A stretch of DNA of 62,943 nucleotides, filler included, from Stramenopiles sp. TOSAG23-3 (Eukaryota): the NCBI GenBank assembly GCA_900128585.1. It is 27 parts of 27 records of this genome, joined end to end, with 100 filler letters (N's around TTAATTAATTAA, not from the genome) between each part and the next. Parts side by side here need not be neighbours in the genome. Positions count along the whole stretch, not along the records: positions 1 to 2,247 come from LT644947.1; positions 2,348 to 4,592 come from LT644948.1; positions 4,693 to 6,937 come from LT644949.1; positions 7,038 to 9,281 come from LT644950.1; 23 more parts are not named here. The stretch is one strand, 5' to 3'. The notes under the pieces were generated by a model. The model made no database searches, was not told the DNA's origin, and saw only the letters and a list, made by a program, of their open reading frames with translations. Position 1 is the first letter of the stretch. The number at the start of each line of letters is the position of its first letter. Both the position numbers and the translations under genes were made by a program. Below are positions 1 through 9,273 of the stretch, one piece after another.

Positions 1-1
1 G

Positions 2-733
2 CAAAGGCAGATAACAGATTTATCGAAGAAACTAAGGCAGATAAAAAAGGCAGAGGAAAAGAGGCAAAGGCAGATAACAGATTTATCGAAGAAACTAATA
101 AAGTTGACAGAGATCGTTGCCAGTACTGAGGGTCCTGTCATTGCTGGTGCCACTGAGGGTCCTGTCATTGCTGACACTCCGATTTCGGAGATAAGCATAG
201 AAAATCCAATAAGACCCCCAAATAGCCACAAACAAACAGAATCTGTACAGATCCGTACAGAAAATAAAACAATATTCCAGTCGATCCTTTTTGGCGGAAT
301 CATTCATGCAATCACGGCGGGCATGAGAGTTACAAATGAGTATACTGGTGGAGCTTCTCTGTCGAAAAGGACAAAGCTTATACATTTTTCAACATATGAC
401 GCGACGCTTGTTATTTATGAAATTTTTAAAGAGTTGCTTCCAGCAGGTGATTACCTTGTTAATAACCTTCCTGAAAAAATAAAATTGGGTGTGCCGGAAA
501 CAGTTTGGATGGAAACAGACGATGAAATGGTTGTTGTGGAGGGAGAAAAAAAAGCAAAAGTTATTGAAGAATGCCTTCCCGGCACAATCATTGTATCGTT
601 AGATACACGACAATATGTGAGTATATCTTATGGCATTGCCCAGGGGAAAAAGGTGTCGGTAAAGATCGAATTCTTTCGACGATGCCAGATTCCAAATCGA
701 CGCGGCGATGGATGGAGAGAGATGGGGGATTGA
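2..733 (+). CDS. Hypothetical protein, 5'-truncated, with short internal repeats
   Basis: The frame is open from the contig start (QRQITDLSKKL x2, TEGPVIA x2) through ORF 104..733. No recognisable domain. Confidence 0.5.
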   Translation, partial: QRQITDLSKKLRQIKKAEEKRQRQITDLSKKLIKLTEIVASTEGPVIAGATEGPVIADTPISEISIENPIRPPNSHKQTESVQIRTENKTIFQSILFGGIIHAITAGMRVTNEYTGGASLSKRTKLIHFSTYDATLVIYEIFKELLPAGDYLVNNLPEKIKLGVPETVWMETDDEMVVVEGEKKAKVIEECLPGTIIVSLDTRQYVSISYGIAQGKKVSVKIEFFRRCQIPNRRGDGWREMGD

Positions 734-776
734 TGTACTTTGTACATACATAATAAATAACAATATTAGAAAGCCT

Positions 777-2247
777 TTATTTTGCAAACTCGTAAAGCTT
801 GGCATTTGACGCAAATTTATCCCATGCGTCTTCAAGTTTTTCTTTGTCATACTCAACTTTACTTGATTTGGTGTACATATCGATCAGATGTGCACGCATC
901 TCACTACAGGGCCTTTTAAAATAACACTTTATTGTAGCATTTAGCAACTCCTGTAAGTTGGTTAATTCTGAAAAATTAACAGTGCCTTCGATATCTTCAA
1001 ATAAATTAATGAATTTTCCGTGTGTTTTGCTGTCCGCCAGACCTAGCATATACGATTCCGACGGATCTAATGATATATCATCAGCTTGCTGTCTTTTCCG
1101 CTGTGGAGATTTGTCAATCATGTTTCCATAGATGCTTACAAAATAAAATTTTGCCATCCGCTGTTGATGAAGGCTCATAAGACGCTTTGTACCCCCTGTC
1201 TTAAGAGGTACAGTCTTTCCCCTTGGCCTCCTGCAAGCGACAAGATTTTTCCAGTACCAGTTTATACGTTCCATTGTTTGACAACTGAATGCACCTGGTG
1301 CGCAGTTATATTCTCTTTCATACATCTTGGCATAAAACGGGGCTATACAATTAAGTTGATGGCTGTAATTTGATTTACCAATACCATGTAGGCTTAGGGA
1401 ATAAAGTTGGTTCAGCGCAACACCTATGTGCTCCAAATACTTGGTGTTCTTTCTAATTTCAATTTTAACATGTTCTTTCTTCAACAGTTGTGAAGGAAAA
1501 AAGCGTTTGCTGCTTGTACTTTATATACTTTGCATAAATTATCTAGCAATATACGACAAAGCATGTTTGGATCTTTAGCTAGGACTTTGCTAGCTTTTCC
1601 ACTTAATCGGGGTTCATGGGCAGTTGATAACGGTGCATCTTCAGAAATAAATGCCTTTGCCTTCTTAGGGGCCTCCTCAAGTATATAATCGACAAAATTT
1701 GTAAATTCAGAAGTGTTAAATTGTTTGAAGCCCTTCAAGAATCCAATAGATACGGGACCTAAGTCTCCATTTGGTAAATCATATGGTTCTAATCGTTTTG
1801 AAAACAAAAATAGTGCTTTGCAATATGAGTTGAAAACGATGGAATATGCATGTAGAGGATCAATAGAATTTCCATCAACGTTAACATGGGATTTTTCACC
1901 TGAAATTCCATGCTTTGCTTCTTTGGCGTGGAGCAATCGAAGATCATGCAGTCTTTTCTGCAGTACTTCATCTTCTATAGGCACTTTCGCCATTGCATCA
2001 TATTCATCTAAATCTGTTTCATCAAGGTGCATCTCATGTCCACCTTTAATTGGCTGAAACACATTTGTACCACCAACTCGTTTCCGTTTCCTTGGCCTAG
2101 ACTGCAGTTTCTTCTTTCGACATCGTTTTAACCGTGACAATGCCAGTTTACTAGCTTTCTCTTTTTCCTCGCTGACATTAATTAGGTCAGAGACGGCTTT
2201 TCTGAGAGCTTCTCGGTCATCGTGGGTTAAATATTTCCAATCATCTT
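777..2247 (-). pseudogene. Hypothetical protein, 5'-truncated, probably one gene split by a frameshift near 1497-1502
   Basis: ORF 1481..2140 is open upstream to the contig end (DDWKYLTHDDREALRK...). ORF 777..1484 has only a TTG start, and its frame is open back through a T6 run (...FPSQLLKKEH). No known domain. Confidence 0.45.
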
Positions 2248-2347
2248 NNNNNNNNNNNNNNNNNNNNNNNNNNNNNNNNNNNNNNNNNNNNTTAATTAAT
2301 TAANNNNNNNNNNNNNNNNNNNNNNNNNNNNNNNNNNNNNNNNNNNN
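2248..2347. other. Artificial contig linker N44-TTAATTAATTAA-N44 (first of 26 identical linkers)
   Basis: The same 100-bp spacer with stops in all six frames recurs about every 2.3 kb up to 60621-60720. Contig lengths fall steadily from 2247 to about 2223 bp. Confidence 0.98.
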
Positions 2348-2349
2348 AC

Positions 2350-2571
2350 CCTCTCCATAAGGAAGGGGTGTCTTGCGTGATTGCTGGTGCGACAAAAATT
2401 GACCACGTGTCCGGGAATGCGAAGGCGGGCGAGGTCCGCCTATCGGATGAATTGATGACAGAATTGGACGAAGCGACGAAAGACCTGAAAGAAGCCATGG
2501 GTCCAAACTGTGATTTGTGGCAGGGTACGATATCAGGTGGTTCCCAAAAAGACGACTCCAGAATAGAGTGA
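2350..2571 (+). CDS. Aldo/keto reductase family protein, C-terminal fragment
   Basis: PLHKEGVSCVIAGATKIDHVSGNAKAGEVRLSDELMTELDEAT matches the AKR C-terminal pattern (vtsvI.Ga....ql..N..A....Ls.e....ld). Confidence 0.75.
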   Translation, partial: PLHKEGVSCVIAGATKIDHVSGNAKAGEVRLSDELMTELDEATKDLKEAMGPNCDLWQGTISGGSQKDDSRIE

Positions 2572-2644
2572 CAAGCAAAAACAAAATAAATATAATTACT
2601 TTGTAGAATCTTTTAAAAATTAAATCCATTTAATTGTCTCTAAA

Positions 2645-2689
2645 TTTTAAGAACATATAACAGCCAATTTTCTTGTTTTTAAGAACATA
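2645..2689 (+). mobile_element. 19-bp truncated copy of an interspersed repeat flanked by a 13-bp target-site duplication
   Basis: TTTTAAGAACATA (2645-2657) + TAACAGCCAATTTTCTTGT (2658-2676) + TTTTAAGAACATA (2677-2689). The insert equals the end of the repeats at 4693-4800 and 18751-18858. Confidence 0.7.
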
Positions 2690-2843
2690 CTTCGTACTAC
2701 CAGGTATTAGATTGTTTTTCAAAGAGTAAAAAAAACAAATTTATATAGTAATAAAATGCTCTGTTGAAAAAAAAATTATATACAGTAGTAGTATTTTTAA
2801 TAATATTTTATCGCGTCTGCTTGATCATTTTCTACCGTACGTC

Positions 2844-4187
2844 TCACTGTGAGAGTGTCGGCTTCCGTACGGACAATGCAATGTACAAGGCAAACGCTAA
2901 GAAACACATCTGCGCTACAAAAGCTCTAACTGACAGTAAACTTCGTCGGGGTGGGTTTTCTATCAATGAAGAGCATAACTTGTCCAATTTATCTCCCAAG
3001 GATTGACGGGAAAACATAGCTTCCACGCGTTTTCTACCGGCCAAGCCCATCTTTTTCGCCTTGGCGGGATCTTCGATCAGACGAAGCATGGCGCGAGCAA
3101 AGCTTTCCGCTGTGGGCTCGCATAAAAACCCGGTCACGCCACTCTCGACGGACTCTAGAGGGCCGCCGGACGCACATGCAATAACTGGTTTGCAGGCCGC
3201 CATGCACTCCACGGGAACGATACCGAAATGCTCGTTCGTTGGCGTGTACACTACCGCAGTAGCATCCCCCAGCAAGGTCGATTTTTCCTCGTCGGAAAAG
3301 GCGCGTTTCCACGTAATGCAGTCGAATACGTTTCCCTCTTTAGCAATGTTTTGCAACTCCGTGAAATGGTCCACGTTTTCTTTGACCCTCGTGTCATAAC
3401 CACCTGCTACAACCAGCCTGATCTTGTGCTTTTTAAACTTTGCCTCCCCCAGAATGTTGTCGCGCAGTTCAATGAGGGCTTTGACGGCCAGGTGAATGGC
3501 TTTTTTCCGTTCGAAACGATTGATGGACAGAAACACAACATCGTCCTTCCCCCATGCTTTCGAGCGCCCCTGGGGCAAATCTTCGACGGGGGTCAACGGC
3601 ACGCAAGGATACAACACTCCTGGAACATCCGTCAGCCTTGTAAACGTTTTCTTGTACACGTTCTTGGTAAATTTGGAGTTTACAACTACCAAATCCGACA
3701 TTCCAGTGGTGAACTCCTCGACGCGATCAAAAGGGTACCTGTACAGACTTTTCAAAAGGCTGGTTCTGGGGGAAAGAAGTTGGTCTGGGAAATGGCAATA
3801 AAACAACACCTTTGTCGAAGGGGAGAAAAATCGCAAAAATGGAACACTAATAGACACTTGGTCCACGATGAACACATCGTACTTTTTGCAGGAAAGGCCC
3901 ACCCGTGTAGCTAACCAAATATTTCTGAACATAGCAAAGAATATGTGAAACCCTTGGCAAATGTGCCGGGGAATGTAGTCCCCATACACCTCGATGGAAA
4001 ACAGTCCTTGCCTCGTTTCTGAAAACGATCGCTGCTCCTCATAGTGCGAAGTGTACATCGTTATATCATGGTCATGGTCTTTTAAGCCAACCGCACAGTC
4101 CACAATCAAGCGCTCGGCACCCCCAAGCCCAAGGTCAGGGTGCAGGAAGGCAATCTTCAAAGGTTTAGTTTTTCCACCGCTCGACAT
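2844..4187 (-). CDS. ALG2: Alpha-1,3/1,6-mannosyltransferase (GT4 family)
   Basis: 447 aa with IAFLHPDLGLGGAERLIVD, FYCHFPDQLL, SINRFERKK, YTPTNEHFGIVPVECM and a C-terminal hydrophobic segment. Confidence 0.96.
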   Translation of the reverse strand: MSSGGKTKPLKIAFLHPDLGLGGAERLIVDCAVGLKDHDHDITMYTSHYEEQRSFSETRQGLFSIEVYGDYIPRHICQGFHIFFAMFRNIWLATRVGLSCKKYDVFIVDQVSISVPFLRFFSPSTKVLFYCHFPDQLLSPRTSLLKSLYRYPFDRVEEFTTGMSDLVVVNSKFTKNVYKKTFTRLTDVPGVLYPCVPLTPVEDLPQGRSKAWGKDDVVFLSINRFERKKAIHLAVKALIELRDNILGEAKFKKHKIRLVVAGGYDTRVKENVDHFTELQNIAKEGNVFDCITWKRAFSDEEKSTLLGDATAVVYTPTNEHFGIVPVECMAACKPVIACASGGPLESVESGVTGFLCEPTAESFARAMLRLIEDPAKAKKMGLAGRKRVEAMFSRQSLGDKLDKLCSSLIENPPRRSLLSVRAFVAQMCFLAFALYIALSVRKPTLSQ

Positions 4188-4692
4188 CCCCGTACAAGCT
4201 TTCTTCTCTTTGCAACAGTTACAATACGCTGTATAGTTTCAAGGCTACTCCCTTGAAGAAAATAAACTCAACAAATTAATATGCAAAACTTCTTCTTTCT
4301 GTTCAATGAATGAATCTCTTCTTTTTGCTTATCCAACTCTCATATGCTAATACTTTGTTCGTTTACAGTCAGCCGTTAAATGAAAACTCATTCGTGTCTA
4401 TAATGAATATGTAATGTACGAGTTCACCATCACTGGTTGGTACATATTTTAAAACCAGTCACATCGTCGATCAACTTCTTATTTTCATTAAAATGGTGGA
4501 CGGACGGACGGACGGAGCCATTTTTTTTTTTATTTTCATTATTATTAGTTTTTTTTAGTTAAATAATTATATTTTTTTAGCAGACTAGTGTCNNNNNNNN
4601 NNNNNNNNNNNNNNNNNNNNNNNNNNNNNNNNNNNNTTAATTAATTAANNNNNNNNNNNNNNNNNNNNNNNNNNNNNNNNNNNNNNNNNNNN

Positions 4693-4800
4693 ATTGACAA
4701 CCAACAACGAAAAAACAAAATTTCAGAATCAAGTTAGGATTAGGGTATGAGGAAGCTAAATTTAATTACTTCTTAAATAACAGCCAATTTTCTTGTTTTT
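4693..4800 (+). mobile_element. 3' end of an interspersed repeat (candidate SINE/non-LTR tail)
   Basis: Closely similar to 18751-18858 (ATTGACAACCAACAA...GTTAGGwTTAGGGTA...GAAGCTAAATTTAATTACTT...AAATAACAGCCAATTTTCTTGTT). Both copies sit at contig starts. Confidence 0.7.
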
Positions 4801-5017
4801 AATTGATTTAAAATGAGAGTCTTAAAGCAAAAGTATATTTTAATAAGTCAAAAAAGAAAAGAAAAAAGAAGGTAAAACCGTTCAAGAACCCAAACTCCTC
4901 CTAAAGCATACTATATAATTTGTTTTTTCTAAATTAAAAGTAAATGTTTCAATTTGATGTTAAACCACTCACGGCTAATTTGATGTTAAACCATTCAGGT
5001 CAATTTTTCTTTTTCAG

Positions 5018-5420
5018 ATACTGACCCCCCCCCTCAACGGATATGTGCACCTCATTGGGTGCAAGTCACACGGCCTGCGCTTCTACCCACACCAACCGCG
5101 TGGAGGACACTCTATAAGCGTGCTACCAAGACGCTCTACGCACCAGGATAACCAGAGGACAAGCATTTACATGCCCCAATGAAGACAAACGCCCCGGAGC
5201 GATCGGGAACCTTGTCGCGTCCATCTCTCGCACACCTTGGTCGTATAACGCTGAGTACGCTAAAATCGATGAAGGGGACCAAGCCGACGGCCTCACAATA
5301 TATGGGGGTCATCTCCTTAGCGACCTATTCCCGATAAACAACAGCGCACCCAATGTCAACCAAAACTCGAACAGCCTAGCGAGACGGAAGGATCAGTTCA
5401 TCGCCCTCCTCAGGACATAA
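5018..5420 (+). pseudogene. Degraded coding remnant of unknown origin
   Basis: GC-richer island with a start-less frame of about 100 codons (ACYQDALRTRITRGQAFTCPN...QFIALLRT*) preceded by an in-frame TAA. Confidence 0.3.
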
Positions 5421-5578
5421 TTGACAATCAAATGGTGGAAACATTTATTTCAAAAACAAAATAATGGATTGTTTTGTTTTCATAAATAGTTACACTTGGC
5501 ATTTTGTTTTCTAATATTTTTGCGACTGAGGTAGCACATTAAGCCGTGAAAACTGATCTTTAGTGGGAATCGTAAATA

Positions 5579-6646
5579 CTATCCAGAAGCCTCAAAAACT
5601 TGTCCAGAACTATAATAGTACCCGGCAACAGGGATGCAACTGCTGTGGGGATTTTCTTTCGCCAACATTGTTGCAATTTTTTCATCTGCAATACTACCGC
5701 TGCTACATACGATATGATCTGCCGCAAAAGCCAGTGGCACAGTAGGGGCAGTTCTGTCATCTGATTCATGGAGCTGTATGTGCAAATGCGGTCGTGGGCA
5801 AAATCCTACATCTCCTGATTGACATATTTTTTGTCCTCGTCGTACTTTCTGGCCAATTTTCACTGATACACTTTTTGCTTTAATATGAACGTACTCAATG
5901 AATTTTCCGTCATTTAGTCGCAGCATAACAGAATTCCATTTATGAAGATTGCTCACATGAATTCCTGAAACTACATTACTATCTTCAATATTAACGACTT
6001 CACCATCAAAGATTGATAATACTGGAGTTCCAACAGGGCATTCAAAGTCCAAGGCATGCAAAGTACCTGGGAAAAAATGAGTAAACGCCCCACAAACACC
6101 TTGGCTACAAAGGAAAGGCCCTTCCCCTGCAAGTGGAAAAGTATATTGACTCGCAAAACTGTGCGGTACTTTTTCAAAACAAGAGCTCAAATTTGGGACA
6201 TCGCAAATGTCCGAATAGAGCTGGGAATCGTTGCTAAAGTATGGGATTTCTGATCTTTCGATGTTTGGAGACACATAACATACGTCCATTGAACGCCGAG
6301 GTTGCACCACGATAACAAGCGTAGTGCACGAACGAACTTTTCCGTCGGAATCGCGATATGTACCACATTTAATTTTTAGTCTTTGGCGATCATATACAGA
6401 ACAACTCATGGAGATAAAGAAACTTCGCCTGCACGTTGAGCTTTTATTTATACAAGTTAACAAGCCTGAATTGGGGTCAATCATCATATCTGGAATGATC
6501 TCCTCCTCTTCGAGAGCCACGTCAAATTCGGCGGGATCATAGTCTTGAACGCCAACGATGCGCGGACTCTTACAAGGCTCGTGTACGACGAAGCATCCCG
6601 GGGTGGCGGCAAGAACACAGTTATGCTCCAAGGTTATCTCGGTCAT
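5579..6646 (-). CDS. Peptidase M23 (LytM-like) domain protein
   Basis: HxxxD (HALDF), GTPVLSIFDGEV, EYVHI, VKIGQKVRRGQKI and HxH (PHLHIQ) motifs. No obvious signal peptide. Confidence 0.88.
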   Translation of the reverse strand: MTEITLEHNCVLAATPGCFVVHEPCKSPRIVGVQDYDPAEFDVALEEEEIIPDMMIDPNSGLLTCINKSSTCRRSFFISMSCSVYDRQRLKIKCGTYRDSDGKVRSCTTLVIVVQPRRSMDVCYVSPNIERSEIPYFSNDSQLYSDICDVPNLSSCFEKVPHSFASQYTFPLAGEGPFLCSQGVCGAFTHFFPGTLHALDFECPVGTPVLSIFDGEVVNIEDSNVVSGIHVSNLHKWNSVMLRLNDGKFIEYVHIKAKSVSVKIGQKVRRGQKICQSGDVGFCPRPHLHIQLHESDDRTAPTVPLAFAADHIVCSSGSIADEKIATMLAKENPHSSCIPVAGYYYSSGQVFEASG

Positions 6647-7037
6647 TTTTCCCGCCCGTAGTTTGGAGTAAGATTGCGTCTCGTCGAGAAATTTCTCATG
6701 ACATGTTACAGAAGGAAATTGCCATCAAATAACCGCTTTCAGAGACTAGGTATATTATTATTCAACAATACTACTCCCGCTTTTGTTGTGCTGTCTTGTG
6801 CAATATGTTGTCGGTCGTCTTCTTCTTTTTTGGCTTAGTATTATTGGCAATTAGCACCCTCTTTTAAAATAATAACGAAATATATAATGTGTTATAATAT
6901 TAATGTTATACTGTAACACACTTTTGAAGTACAAAATNNNNNNNNNNNNNNNNNNNNNNNNNNNNNNNNNNNNNNNNNNNNTTAATTAATTAANNNNNNN
7001 NNNNNNNNNNNNNNNNNNNNNNNNNNNNNNNNNNNNN

Positions 7038-7113
7038 ACATACTATATAATTTGTTTTTTAAACCGTCCGATGTAGCTCGTCTTTTTGTTTTGTTGCGTG
7101 GCTGACCTATTCT
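7038..7113 (+). repeat. 76-bp terminal direct repeat, left copy
   Basis: ACATACTATATAATTTG...GCTGACCTATTCT is identical to 9206-9281. Confidence 0.97.
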
Positions 7114-7653
7114 CGCCCTCTTTCTCTCCCTATTACTTTCTGTCTTTTTTGTCTGCCATCTTCTTCTCCAAGCAAAGAATTTACACACTGTAGCACCACG
7201 CAACCGTCTGGTTTTTATGTGGTAGCAAAGGGCAGCTGTGAAAATATCTACGAAATGAACGGGATTGTTTTCACGGAGTTGGATACGGACAAAAACGGTA
7301 ATTATTTGGTTCCCAGCAGCTCAGACATGTCTCTTAGAGTAAAAGAAGCGTGCCCATCGCTTGTTGCCACCGTAGACACATCGATTCTTACGTCAAAAAA
7401 GTATGCGAAATCGAATCTCGAATCGGTCGGTATTTTGGAGAAATTAGTCTGGGTCGCGGATAATTGCTATTCGCAGTTTACCGTAAAAATTGGCGAAGAA
7501 GTGATCTACGAAAATACTCCCAAAAGTATGCTGGATAGTGTAAAGTTAAAGAATAGGTCAGCGTTCACGTTTATTCCAAACGTGGAGATTAGCGGCGCCA
7601 TATCGGTCACTGGCGACTGCGACGTTCCTTTAAATATTATACACAATACGTAG
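7063..7653 (+). pseudogene. Hypothetical protein with a disrupted 5' end
   Basis: The frame is open from 7063 to 7653 but lacks an early in-frame ATG. An out-of-frame ATG at 7071, downstream of TATATAA (7044-7050), is followed directly by TAG. Confidence 0.5.
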
Positions 7654-7780
7654 CAATTGATAAAAAAAATTTATTGTACCACGTACTTTGGTACAGGCGC
7701 CTGTGGCATAACTGTTCTCGTCCCTCCATTTTACAGGCGCTTTGTTGTCATTACAGTTCTCGTACACTGGTACCGACACA

Positions 7781-8176
7781 TTAATCGAGCTGTGGATCAT
7801 ACCTAAGCCCTCTTCGGGAGTTGCAACGACTCCGTAAGGCTCCGTTACTGTTGTAGTACCAAACCCTTTGCCATGCTGGACAGCCTAGTCGACGGTGTTG
7901 TGATGGACTTGTTTCCAACTCCTCGAGCATTCTGCGATAACCGAATGTGACGCTGAGTTGACTGTCGGGAAAGCATTCTTCCAGACATGTACGGTATTCT
8001 GGATGGCAGTCGCGCATGCATGTGCGGCTAAAGCACCTGTCTTGTGCGCCGAAGCAGTCGACCAAGTCGCGTACGCACGCAGCGCGGCAGGATTCCTGTT
8101 CCGGGGTGTGTCGGGATGCGGCTTGCCCGACTAGGACAGCCGCCAACGCAACGGTGAACATTGTTGAGATTTTCAT
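7781..8176 (-). CDS. Secreted Cys-rich prepro-peptide (131 aa)
   Basis: Signal-like MKISTMFTVALAAVLVGQAAS, an 8-Cys domain, RRML, an acidic spacer, RRLG, a 2-Cys peptide, RRGL. The ATG at 8176 follows an (ACA)n-rich leader. Confidence 0.8.
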   Translation of the reverse strand: MKISTMFTVALAAVLVGQAASRHTPEQESCRAACVRDLVDCFGAQDRCFSRTCMRDCHPEYRTCLEECFPDSQLSVTFGYRRMLEELETSPSQHRRLGCPAWQRVWYYNSNGALRSRCNSRRGLRYDPQLD

Positions 8177-8304
8177 GGTCGCTGTTGTTGTTGTAGTTGT
8201 TTTCGTTGTAGTTGTTAAGTACCAGTGGAGTTGCCTACAGTTTTGTCTACGAAATTCGTTTGAGATTTGGAACACTTTACAAATATTTTACACTATACTT
8301 ATAC

Positions 8305-8352
8305 AAACCAGTTATTTTACCCACTATTAAACCAGTTATTTTACCCACTATT
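8305..8352 (+). repeat. 24-bp tandem duplication
   Basis: AAACCAGTTATTTTACCCACTATT x2, exact. Confidence 0.9.
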
Positions 8353-8584
8353 CTAAGATGCTTTACTACACATTATTTTAGATACCAAGGGTGTACATAA
8401 TCATTTTTTTTTTTAATCTTTAGGGCACACCTTTCCTCCTCAAGTGGTATTTTTTTAAGGCACATAGCAAGGTCTTTTTTTTGGAATTTGGGCACACCTT
8501 GCCGTAAAAAAATGTGCTGAAACTTCTTCTTGTACCCTAATTATAACACTACGTAAGACTTAATTTAACAAAAGACTCTGAGCT

Positions 8585-9045
8585 TTAAACAACAGTCTCG
8601 AATACTCGCTTCGGCAAAATTTCTCCATTATTTAATCGTTCGATATAATCGTTCATTTCTTTGATCGTCGCGTTTATAGTCTGTATATCTCTCGGTACAG
8701 CTCTGTATTATTGCTCTGCGCTGTCTTCAACTTGCAACTGTCGCGGAGATCGCCCATTGTTCTTTGTGTTCTTTTATGTACGCAACGCTTCCACGAACTG
8801 TAACGCGTGTAGTACTCCTCCAGAATGTCTTGCAACGCCGCCTCAGTCCAAGCGGTCAGCGACGTATAAGTCCTTTTTGGAAAAATCGGGCTCAGCTCAG
8901 AGTGGCGAAATTTACGACACTTGAAGTCGGCGAGGACCCCACCGCGTGCAATGCTCGCGGTGAAATAATTTCTCTTGAATGTGAAGTCTATAATATCGTT
9001 TTCTTTTAATACGCCAGCGTTTAACATATCTTCGAGGCTAGCCAT
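8585..9045 (-). pseudogene. RAMA-domain protein with C-terminal coiled coil, frameshifted near 8676
   Basis: SLEDMLNAGVL...IDFTFKRNYFTASIARGGVL...YTSLTAW...SSWKRCVH...TMGDLR fits the RAMA fold pattern. The helix ELYREIYRL* continues in another frame as NATIKEMNDYIERLNNGEILPKRVFETVV*. Confidence 0.65.
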
Positions 9046-9090
9046 TTAACAGACCCCAACGGTTATTTATACTGAAACCAATCGCTCCAA
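9046..9090. promoter_or_regulatory. Candidate compact bidirectional TATA-type promoter
   Basis: 45 bp between divergent ATGs (9045 minus, 9091 plus) with a central TATTTATA (TATAAATA on the minus strand) about 20 nt from each. Confidence 0.45.
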
Positions 9091-9273
9091 ATGCCGCAGG
9101 TAAGCAAGTGCGCAAAGTGTAAAAAATCGTTTTTGATGAGCACGTATCAGCTATTAGAGCATTATCGATTGTGCCCTACTAGCCCTGATCTTAAGTTTCG
9201 ACATGACATACTATATAATTTGTTTTTTAAACCGTCCGATGTAGCTCGTCTTTTTGTTTTGTTGCGTGGCTGA
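9091..9273 (+). CDS. Small C2HC zinc-finger protein
   Basis: CAKCKKSFLMSTYQLLEHYRLC = CxxC-x13-H-x3-C with the F and L core residues. Confidence 0.55.
   Translation: MPQVSKCAKCKKSFLMSTYQLLEHYRLCPTSPDLKFRHDILYNLFFKPSDVARLFVLLRG

Noticed and set aside
1481-1484. Prokaryote-style overlapping stop/start implying an operon
   Set aside because: The downstream ORF has only a TTG start and its frame is open upstream, so a frameshifted single gene is more likely.
9097-9105. CAG|GTAAG splice donor in the zinc-finger ORF
   Set aside because: The AG acceptors after the pyrimidine tract do not restore the downstream frame, and the unspliced reading gives a coherent zinc finger.
9220-9235. TTTAAAC as a programmed -1 frameshift joining the zinc-finger ORF to the 7063-7653 frame
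   Set aside because: The heptamer is phased TTT AAA C rather than T TTA AAC in the zinc-finger frame, and the -1 frame has a TAA at that spot.
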